Below are positions 27,703 to 35,019 of a stretch of 35,019 nucleotides of DNA, piece after piece. Source of the DNA: Methylocystis sp. (GTDB lineage: Bacteria > Pseudomonadota > Alphaproteobacteria > Rhizobiales > Beijerinckiaceae); contig JBAWEN010000229.1 in the NCBI GenBank assembly GCA_049591215.1, positions 1-35,019 of the forward strand. Reading direction: 5' to 3'. Numbering within the stretch: the stretch's first letter is position 1; each line of letters opens with the position of its first letter. The notes below the pieces were generated by a model, which did no database searches, was not told the DNA's origin, and saw only the letters and a program-made list of their open reading frames with translations. A program made the translations under genes and the position numbers.

Positions 27703-28165
27703 GCGGGGGCAGGCCGAAGCTCGCGCTGGAAACGCCAACCGATCCGTAACATGAGCGCAGCCAATCCCCCCTGGGCGTAAGGACTTTCCGCTTTCCGGAT
27801 CGACCACCTCGACTGGCGCGAGCATGGTCGTCATATCGACGGGAGCGCCCGCGAGAAGCCCCGTGACGCCGGGTATTGCGATCCGGTCTCCATCGAGCAG
27901 ACGAGCCCCCGTAATAATGCGATCGAATCGCGGGTCCGATAAGCCGACGGCATGCCGCTCCAACTGCAACGAAGGCGCGGCGCTCCCCACCGACGATGCG
28001 TGCGCCGCCGCCTCCCGCAGCATGGTCAGTCGCACTTTGATGGCCACCCACGGAAAGCGATCATTGTTTTAAGTTACGTCGCGCCGCCAGATTCCGATAA
28101 TCTCGACATTCGCCGCTTTCGCTCTACCTGACTCAGGAGGTAGCGCAATTGAAAGGGGTGAGGCA

Positions 28166-30610
28166 GTGCTCGCCGAGCATAGGCAGCGAGACCCCGCCAA
28201 GGTCGTTTCGTTGGAGGTTCGGGTGCGGGGCCGCGTACAGGGCGTGGGATTCCGCCCGGCGGTCTGGAGAGTTTCGCGCGCGCTCGGCCTTTGCGGCGAA
28301 GTTCTCAACGACTCCGAGGGCGTTCTTATTCGGCTTTGGGGCGACGAAGACCAAATCACCATTTTCCTTGACCGCCTGGCGCTGGAGTCGCCGCCATTGG
28401 CGCGGATCGACAGCGTTGAATGCAAGGAAGGTCGTGGCGATATGCCCGCGGACTTCCGGATCGCGCCGAGCGTGGAAGGGCGGGCGCATACGCAAATCGC
28501 CCCGGACGCCGCCATCTGTCGCGCTTGCGCCTTTGAAATCTCAAATCCGCGCGAACGGCGCGCCAATTATCCGTTCACCAATTGCACGCATTGCGGGCCG
28601 CGCCTCACGATCGTTAAGGGGATACCATACGATCGCGCGAACACGACGATGGCGCCATTCCCGATGTGCGTGGCGTGCGAAGCGGAATACAAAGACCCGG
28701 GCGATCGTCGTTTCCACGCCGAAGCGATCGCCTGCGCCGCCTGCGGTCCGAAGATCGCGTTGCGGCGCCTGGACGGGCGCGCGGAGGAACTGGAAAAGTT
28801 GTCGAGCGAGGAATGCCTCGCCGCGGCGCGTCGGCTCATTATGTCGGGCGCGATCCTCGCTCTCAAAGGTCTTGGAGGCTATCATCTTGCCTGCGACGCC
28901 ACGAATTTCGACGCGGTGTCGCGCCTTCGGCGATTGAAGCGCCGCGACGCGAAGCCCTTCGCTCTCATGGCGCGCGACCTCGACGTCATAAAAGACTATT
29001 GCGCCGTTGGAGAAGAGGAGGAGCGCCTGCTCGTCAGCTCCGCGGCGCCGATCGTCTTGCTGAACGCGAGCGGCGGAAAGCGATTGCCGCCAGTGGTCGC
29101 GCCGAACATTGCCGCTCTTGGCTTCATGTTGCCGACAACCCCGCTGCATCTCCTCGTCATGCGGGACATTGCACGACCGCTGGTGATGACCAGCGGCAAT
29201 CGCTCCGACGAGCCGCAGGCCATCGACGACAATGACGCTCGGGAGCGTCTCGCGGCGATTGCGAGCCACGCGCTTGTCCACGACCGGCGGATTGCAAATC
29301 GCGTCGACGATTCGGTCGTCCGCGTCATGGGCGGTCGCGCGCGGGTGTTGCGCCGTGCGAGAGGCTATGCCCCGGCGCCGCTCCGATTGCCGTCAGGGTT
29401 TGAATCCACTCCCCAGCTTTTGGCCTTTGGCGGCGAATTGAAAGCTGCATTCTGTCTGCTCAAAGACGGAGAAGCTACGCTGTCACAACATCAAGGCGAT
29501 CTCGAAGACGAAAGAACCTTCGATGACTATCGCAAGAACCTGGGGCTTTACGCGAGACTTTTCGACCATCGCCCAGCGGCTTTCATCGTTGACAGCCATC
29601 CGGATTATGTCTCCACGAAGTTCGCGCGAGAGCAGGGGCTCGCAACCTCTACGCCGGTGATGGAGGCGCAGCACCACCATGCTCATGTCGCGGCGTGCCT
29701 AGCGGAAAATGGGCGCCCGCTCGACGCGCCGCCGGTGCTGGGCGTCGTCATGGACGGTTTGGGTTATGGCGACGACGGAACAATCTGGGGCGGGGAATTT
29801 TTGCTCGCCGACTACCGGGGCTCTCAACGGTTAGGCGCACTGCGGCCTGTCGCGATGCCGGGCGGCGCTCAGGCTGTTCGTGAACCTTGGCGCAATCTAT
29901 ACGCCCATCTCACGGCCCTGACGGATTGGCCGGAGTTCGCGCGACATTTCTCGCAACTCGACCTTTGCGCCGAGCTGAGCAAGAGGCCGCTTTCAACTCT
30001 CGAAGCCATGATGCGAAGCCGCGTCAATTCGCCGATGGCCTCGTCTTGCGGTCGATTGTTCGACGCGGTCGCCGCGGCCCTCGACATCTGCCCGGACCGG
30101 CAGGCCTATGAGGGCGAAGCCGGCGCGCGTCTCGAAGCCGTTGTGGATGACAATGAATTGCGGAACGGCGATGAGGCTCGTTCCTACACTTTTTTGGTTT
30201 CACCGCGGAGCCCGGCTGGCCCCCTATATCTCGAGCCGGGTCCGATGTGGCGCGCGCTGCTCGACGATCTCATGAGGGGGACGCCGCCTCCCATTATCGC
30301 GGCTCGGTTTCACAAGGGTCTTGCCGCCGGCATCGTGGCGATGACGAAGGAACTTGCGCGAAATGGCGGCGTCGGCGCGCCGCCATTTGACACCGTGGCC
30401 CTGTCGGGCGGCTGTTTTCAGAACCATATTCTCTTCGCGGAAGTGGTCAGTCGTCTGGAATGGGCGGACTTCAAGGTGCTGACCCACGCGGAGGTTCCGG
30501 CCAATGACGGCAGTCTTGCGCTCGGCCAAGCCGCGATAGGGGGCGCGCGCTTGATCGACGAGGCGAATCCGCGCGGCTTTGAGGGAGGGACTCGTGTCGC
30601 TGGAACGTGA
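28166..30610 (+). CDS. hypF: Carbamoyltransferase HypF
   Basis: Acylphosphatase motif GRVQGVGFRP, zinc fingers (CRAC, NCTHCGPR, CVAC, ACAACGP), KGLGGYHL, QHHHAH, SSCGRLFDA, PANDG. Confidence 0.97.
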   Translation: MLAEHRQRDPAKVVSLEVRVRGRVQGVGFRPAVWRVSRALGLCGEVLNDSEGVLIRLWGDEDQITIFLDRLALESPPLARIDSVECKEGRGDMPADFRIAPSVEGRAHTQIAPDAAICRACAFEISNPRERRANYPFTNCTHCGPRLTIVKGIPYDRANTTMAPFPMCVACEAEYKDPGDRRFHAEAIACAACGPKIALRRLDGRAEELEKLSSEECLAAARRLIMSGAILALKGLGGYHLACDATNFDAVSRLRRLKRRDAKPFALMARDLDVIKDYCAVGEEEERLLVSSAAPIVLLNASGGKRLPPVVAPNIAALGFMLPTTPLHLLVMRDIARPLVMTSGNRSDEPQAIDDNDARERLAAIASHALVHDRRIANRVDDSVVRVMGGRARVLRRARGYAPAPLRLPSGFESTPQLLAFGGELKAAFCLLKDGEATLSQHQGDLEDERTFDDYRKNLGLYARLFDHRPAAFIVDSHPDYVSTKFAREQGLATSTPVMEAQHHHAHVAACLAENGRPLDAPPVLGVVMDGLGYGDDGTIWGGEFLLADYRGSQRLGALRPVAMPGGAQAVREPWRNLYAHLTALTDWPEFARHFSQLDLCAELSKRPLSTLEAMMRSRVNSPMASSCGRLFDAVAAALDICPDRQAYEGEAGARLEAVVDDNELRNGDEARSYTFLVSPRSPAGPLYLEPGPMWRALLDDLMRGTPPPIIAARFHKGLAAGIVAMTKELARNGGVGAPPFDTVALSGGCFQNHILFAEVVSRLEWADFKVLTHAEVPANDGSLALGQAAIGGARLIDEANPRGFEGGTRVAGT

Positions 30611-31286
30611 CTTGAAATCGCTTTATCCGTTCTTGCACGGGAGAAGTCAGGATCCCGCCAAGCTTGGCGAGGCGTTGTTGCGTTCCGTCGATGAGAAGGC
30701 GAAGGAATCGCGCGAAACCAACGCCCGCTTTTTTGAAGAACAGGGCGGCGCGCTTGTCGAAGCGGCAAAGACCATCGCCGCGGTTTACCGGCGAGGCGGA
30801 CGCATGTTCTCCATGGGAAACGGCGGATCGAGTTGCGACGCGGCGCATTTCGCGGTCGAATTCGTGCATCCCATCACGACCGGGCGGCCGGCGCTCGCCG
30901 CGGTCAATCTCGTCGCCGACCTCGCGACGATAACGGCGATCGGCAATGACGTCGGTTTCGAACACATCTTCACGCGACAGTTGATCGCGCAGGCCAAGTC
31001 GGGCGACGGTCTGATCGGCATTTCGACGAGCGGAAACTCTTCCAATTTGCTTCATGCGTTCGCCAAGGCGAAGGAGATGGGCGTGACCACGATCGGACTT
31101 GCGGGCGGCGACGGCGGCGCCATGGCGTCGAGCGGACTCCTGGAGCATTGCCTCGTCGTGCCCACGACCTCGATCCATCGCATCCAGGAGTGTCACGTCG
31201 CCGCATATCATATCGCCTGGGATCTCGTGCACACGCTACTCGCTGATGATCGCGGCTTCGCGTCGAGGAAAGGCAATGCGGCATGA
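30594..31286 (+). CDS. SIS-domain GmhA-like (phosphoheptose isomerase family) protein within the hyp cluster
   Basis: GNGGSSCDAAH, ITAIGND, ISTSGNS, RIQECH. GTG at 30594 after GGGAGG; overlaps the hypF end and the hypD start. Confidence 0.88.
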   Translation: MSLERDLKSLYPFLHGRSQDPAKLGEALLRSVDEKAKESRETNARFFEEQGGALVEAAKTIAAVYRRGGRMFSMGNGGSSCDAAHFAVEFVHPITTGRPALAAVNLVADLATITAIGNDVGFEHIFTRQLIAQAKSGDGLIGISTSGNSSNLLHAFAKAKEMGVTTIGLAGGDGGAMASSGLLEHCLVVPTTSIHRIQECHVAAYHIAWDLVHTLLADDRGFASRKGNAA

Positions 31287-32413
31287 AATATGTCGATGAG
31301 TTCCGCGACGGCGAAAAGGCGAAGATAGTCGTCAAGGCAATCGACGAGCTGATGTCGACGATGGAGAGGCCCAAGGATCAGCCGCTGCATATCATGGAGG
31401 TGTGCGGCGGTCACACGCATTCGATATTCCGATATGGCGTCGAGGGCATGCTCCCCAAGACGATCGAGCTTGTGCATGGGCCCGGTTGCCCCGTGTGCGT
31501 GCTGCCGATGGGGCGCGTTGACGATTGCGTGAGCATCGCCGAGCATCCCGAGGTGATTTTCACCACCTTTGGCGATGCGATGCGCGTTCCGGGCTCCAAA
31601 AACAGCCTGCTTCAAGCCAAGGCCGATGGCGCCGACGTGCGCATGGTTTATTCCCCCATGGACGCGCTCGCGCTCGCGCGTAGACATCGCGACCGCGAGA
31701 TCGTTTTTTTCGGACTGGGCTTCGAGACGACGATGCCCTCGACGGCGCTGACGATCTTGCAGGCGGAGCGGGAAGGGGTCACTAATTTTTCGGTGTTTTG
31801 CAATCACATCACCATCGTGCCGACGATAAAAGCGATCCTGGACAGTCCGGATATAAGGATCGATGGATTCCTGGGTCCCGGCCATGTGTCGATGGTCGTC
31901 GGCACGCGACCGTATGAGTTCATCGCGCGATATTACCGCAAGCCGATGGTCGTCGCGGGCTTTGAACCGCTGGACATTCTTCAGTCGATTTGGATGGTGC
32001 TCAAGCAGATCAAGGAAGGCCGCTGCGAGATCGAGAACCAATATGCGCGCGTCGTGCCGGACGAAGGGAACGCGGCGGCGCTTAAAGCAGTTTCCGAGGT
32101 CTATGAGCTGCGCGAGTTTTTCGAATGGCGCGGATTGGGATCGATCGACCATTCGGGCGTGAGGCTGCGCGACGAATACGCGCGCTTCGACGCCGAGCGT
32201 AAATTCGCCATTCCCAATCTGAAGATCACCGACCCGAAATCCTGCCAATGTGGCGAGGTGCTCAAGGGCGTCATCAAACCTTGGCAATGCAAGGTGTTCG
32301 GCTCCGCCTGCACGCCTCACTCGCCGCTCGGCGCCTTGATGGTGTCGTCGGAAGGCGCCTGCGCCGCCTATTATCAATATGGGGGACTGAAGAAACACGA
32401 GGCGGCGACATGA
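31283..32413 (+). CDS. hypD: Hydrogenase maturation protein HypD
   Basis: MEVCGGHTH, GPGCPVC, GFETT, PGHVS, MVSSEGACAAYY. Confidence 0.98.
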   Translation: MKYVDEFRDGEKAKIVVKAIDELMSTMERPKDQPLHIMEVCGGHTHSIFRYGVEGMLPKTIELVHGPGCPVCVLPMGRVDDCVSIAEHPEVIFTTFGDAMRVPGSKNSLLQAKADGADVRMVYSPMDALALARRHRDREIVFFGLGFETTMPSTALTILQAEREGVTNFSVFCNHITIVPTIKAILDSPDIRIDGFLGPGHVSMVVGTRPYEFIARYYRKPMVVAGFEPLDILQSIWMVLKQIKEGRCEIENQYARVVPDEGNAAALKAVSEVYELREFFEWRGLGSIDHSGVRLRDEYARFDAERKFAIPNLKITDPKSCQCGEVLKGVIKPWQCKVFGSACTPHSPLGALMVSSEGACAAYYQYGGLKKHEAAT

Positions 32414-33480
32414 ATCTTGCCCCGCCTTCCATGCCATGCCGCGCGCTCGGCAGGGTGTTCGTGCCGAAGGTGACGCTCGCGCATGGCGGCGGCGGCAAAG
32501 CGATGAAGGACCTGATCGACGACGTGTTCGTCGCGGCCTTCGACGGCGCCGCAGCGTCCGTGCTCGAGGATCAAGCCCGCTTCGATCTCGCCTCCTTGTC
32601 CATGCATGGCGATCGACTGGCGTTCACGACCGACGCCTTTGTCGTCGATCCCCTATTCTTTCCGGGCGGCGACATCGGCAAGCTCGCCGTGTGCGGAACG
32701 ATCAATGATCTTGCCGTAGGCGGCGCGAAGCCGCTGTACCTTTCGTGCGCGGCGATCATTGAAGAGGGCGTCGCCGTCGACACCCTTCGAAAAATCGCCG
32801 ACTCGATGGCGCGAACCGCCGTCGACGCGGGCGTCAAGATCGTCACGGGAGACACGAAGGTCGTGCAGAAGGGCGCGTGCGACAAGCTGTTCCTGACGAC
32901 TACCGGGATCGGCGTGATCCCGAGCGGAGTAAATCTTGGAGCGCATCTGGCGCGGCGCGGCGACGTCGTGCTGGTTAACGGGCGCCTTGGCGATCATGGC
33001 GCCGCCATTCTCGGCGCGCGCGGCGACATGGCGCTCGACACGCCGATCGAAAGCGATTGCGCGGCGCTGCACGAGCTTGTCGACGCGCTGCTTGCCGCGG
33101 CGCCCGGCATTCGAGCGATGCGCGACGCGACGCGGGGAGGCGTCGCCACGGTGCTCAACGAAATCGCGGAAGGCTCCGCGATTTCCATCGAGATCGACGA
33201 AGCGCGAACGCCGATCGGAGACGAGGTGCGAGGGTTTTGCGAGATTTTGGGGCTTGATCCGCTTTATCTCGCAAACGAGGGCAAGATCGTCATAATCTCG
33301 CCGCCAGAGCAGGCGGAGGCCGCGCTGACGGCGATGCGGGCGCACCCGTTCGGCGCGCGCGGCTGCGCGATCGGACGCATTACGGAAGGCGAACCGGGAC
33401 GCGTGACAATGCGGACCGTGTTCGGTGGGCGGCGCATCGTCGATATGCTTGTGGGCGAGCAATTGCCGCGAATTTGCTGA
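32410..33480 (+). CDS. hypE: Hydrogenase maturation protein HypE
   Basis: ATGA overlap with hypD; LAHGGGG, GTINDLAV, GDTKVV, RDATRGG, ANEGK and C-terminal PRIC. Confidence 0.98.
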   Translation: MNLAPPSMPCRALGRVFVPKVTLAHGGGGKAMKDLIDDVFVAAFDGAAASVLEDQARFDLASLSMHGDRLAFTTDAFVVDPLFFPGGDIGKLAVCGTINDLAVGGAKPLYLSCAAIIEEGVAVDTLRKIADSMARTAVDAGVKIVTGDTKVVQKGACDKLFLTTTGIGVIPSGVNLGAHLARRGDVVLVNGRLGDHGAAILGARGDMALDTPIESDCAALHELVDALLAAAPGIRAMRDATRGGVATVLNEIAEGSAISIEIDEARTPIGDEVRGFCEILGLDPLYLANEGKIVIISPPEQAEAALTAMRAHPFGARGCAIGRITEGEPGRVTMRTVFGGRRIVDMLVGEQLPRIC

Positions 33481-33493
33481 CGGAGAGTCGATC

Positions 33494-34411
33494 ATGTGCG
33501 GACACTGCGGATGCGGAAGCGAAGCGAAAACGACGGCCCTGGATCTTCAGACCGGGAAGGAAATCGAGATGGAATCGCGAGACCACGATCATGGTCACGA
33601 CCACGACCATCATCATGCTCACGAGCATGGGCGCGATCACGATCATAATCATGCGCGCGAGCATGAACACGGGCGCGAGCATGTGCATGCCGATGGGACC
33701 CGACATTCTCACCCACATCGCTCCGATGAAGCGCCCGGCGCGGACATGCTAACCCTCCAAACCCGCATTCTCGCCAAGAACGACGCGTTCGCGGACAAAA
33801 ACCGCGCATGGTTCCGCGGGCGCGAAATTCTCGCGCTCAACCTCGTCAGTTCTCCCGGTTCGGGTAAGACGACCCTGCTTGAGCGCACCATCAAGGATTT
33901 AAAAGACGAATTTAAGCTGTTCGTGGTCGAGGGCGATCAGGCGACGGCGCGCGACGGCGAGCGCATACGCGCGGCGGGAGCGGCCGCCGTGCAGATCAAC
34001 ACCGGCTCCGGCTGCCACCTTGAAGCCGACATGTTGGGCCGCGCGCTCCAGCACTTGAAACCCTCCGCCGGCGCCATTGTCATGATCGAGAACGTTGGCA
34101 ATCTTGTTTGTCCCGCCTTATTCGATCTTGGCGAGCGCTTTAAGGTCGTGATTTTCTCCGTCACCGAAGGCGAGGACAAGCCGCTGAAATATCCTACCAT
34201 GTTCAGCGCCGCGTCGATAATGGTCTTGAACAAGATCGACCTGCTTCCTTACGTCGAATTCGATGTGGCGCGAGCCGTCGCCAACGCCAAACGGATCAAT
34301 CCCGACATCGTCGTGCTGCGCCTTTCCGCAAGCACTGGCGAAGGACTCGAAGGCTGGTATGAATGGCTGCGAAAAGAAGTCGATGCGCTGCGGGATGCGG
34401 CCTTCGCCTAG
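33494..34411 (+). CDS. hypB: Hydrogenase nickel incorporation GTPase HypB with His-rich region
   Basis: N-terminal CxxCGC (MCGHCGC), His-rich tract, SSPGSGKT, GCHLEA, ENVGNLVCP, NKID. Confidence 0.97.
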   Translation: MCGHCGCGSEAKTTALDLQTGKEIEMESRDHDHGHDHDHHHAHEHGRDHDHNHAREHEHGREHVHADGTRHSHPHRSDEAPGADMLTLQTRILAKNDAFADKNRAWFRGREILALNLVSSPGSGKTTLLERTIKDLKDEFKLFVVEGDQATARDGERIRAAGAAAVQINTGSGCHLEADMLGRALQHLKPSAGAIVMIENVGNLVCPALFDLGERFKVVIFSVTEGEDKPLKYPTMFSAASIMVLNKIDLLPYVEFDVARAVANAKRINPDIVVLRLSASTGEGLEGWYEWLRKEVDALRDAAFA

Positions 34412-34749
34412 CGCTCTTGCGGCTCCAATTCGATGCTGCGCACATTAAGCTCGCCGCCGCGCAGCAGCGTCTTGCGAAACGAGCCGCAGGAGCATGCGGT
34501 AAAGAGATCGGTCATCGGAAAATCCAGTCCGCAATCCTCGCATCGCGCCGTCGCGGGTATCTCGATGATATTGAGCCGCGCGCCTTCCGCGCAAGTTCCC
34601 TCGGTGACGAGTTCGAAGCTGAAAGCTATCGCGTCCGGCGCGACGCCCGACATGGCGCCAATTTCGATATTGACGCAGGCTATTCGCCGGCCACGCGCGG
34701 CTTCGTCGACGAGTGTCACGATCTCCTGAGCAATGGATAGTTCATGCAT
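34408..34749 (-). CDS. hypA: Hydrogenase nickel metallochaperone HypA
   Basis: N-terminal MHELSI, zinc ligands CEDC and CSC, GGELNVRSIE; 113 aa. Confidence 0.95.
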   Translation of the reverse strand: MHELSIAQEIVTLVDEAARGRRIACVNIEIGAMSGVAPDAIAFSFELVTEGTCAEGARLNIIEIPATARCEDCGLDFPMTDLFTACSCGSFRKTLLRGGELNVRSIELEPQER

Positions 34750-34760
34750 CGAGGCGTCGC

Positions 34761-35019
34761 CTATTGAAGGGGAGAGCCCCGCATCGCCTCGATCTCGGCC
34801 TGCGCTTCTCCAAGTTCGGTAAGGATTTCGAGGGTTTTTACGGCTTCGTCGTCGTCGATGCGGCTCATCGCGAAACCGACATGAATCAGCACCCATTCGC
34901 CAACGCATGACTCGAACGGATGATCGTCGTCGATGATGCAGGATACGTTGACCTGGCGCTTGACACCGCAAACATCGACCGTCGCGAGATGGTCTTCGCT
35001 GTTATCAACGCTGACGATG
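34761..35019 (-). CDS. hypC: Hydrogenase maturation chaperone HypC/HupF family, 5'-truncated by the window edge (not in the ORF track)
   Basis: Hand translation ...IVSVDNSEDHLATVDVCGVKRQVNVSCIIDDDHPFESCVGEWVLIHVGFAMSRIDDDEAVKTLEIL...LQ*, containing the VGxWVLxHVGFA signature. Confidence 0.93.
   Translation of the reverse strand, partial: IVSVDNSEDHLATVDVCGVKRQVNVSCIIDDDHPFESCVGEWVLIHVGFAMSRIDDDEAVKTLEILTELGEAQAEIEAMRGSPLQ

Overview
High-GC alphaproteobacterial chromosome segment. Gene content suggests Hyphomicrobiales, possibly a Methylocystis-like organism, but that assignment is inference. The left half (1-17.9 kb) carries gap (partial)-pgk, an orphan Flp pilin divergent from rpoN-hpf-ptsN, the general stress response locus (KGG-repeat protein, phyR / nepR-ecfG with EcfG-type promoters), fumC, a pirin, tam-arsC, RNase P RNA, an SmbP-like protein, a Tat-exported protein with two tandem HiPIP domains, and tRNA-Gln(TTG). 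After the tRNA lies an accessory-looking block: a frameshifted modC remnant, an OprO/P porin, a DapA paralog lacking its catalytic residues, kdpFABC with an extra upstream peptide and no kdpDE, and a [NiFe]-hydrogenase maturation cluster (hypF-gmhA-like-hypD-hypE-hypB converging on hypC-hypA). The most striking feature is a minus-strand cassette at 10.8-13.2 kb. An exosortase-family transpeptidase and a coupled accessory gene follow two tandemly duplicated ~55-aa genes. Each encodes a signal peptide, an 8-9 residue CxxC core and a PEP-CTERM-like 'PAP'-TM-basic tail, i.e. a candidate exosortase-processed micropeptide system.
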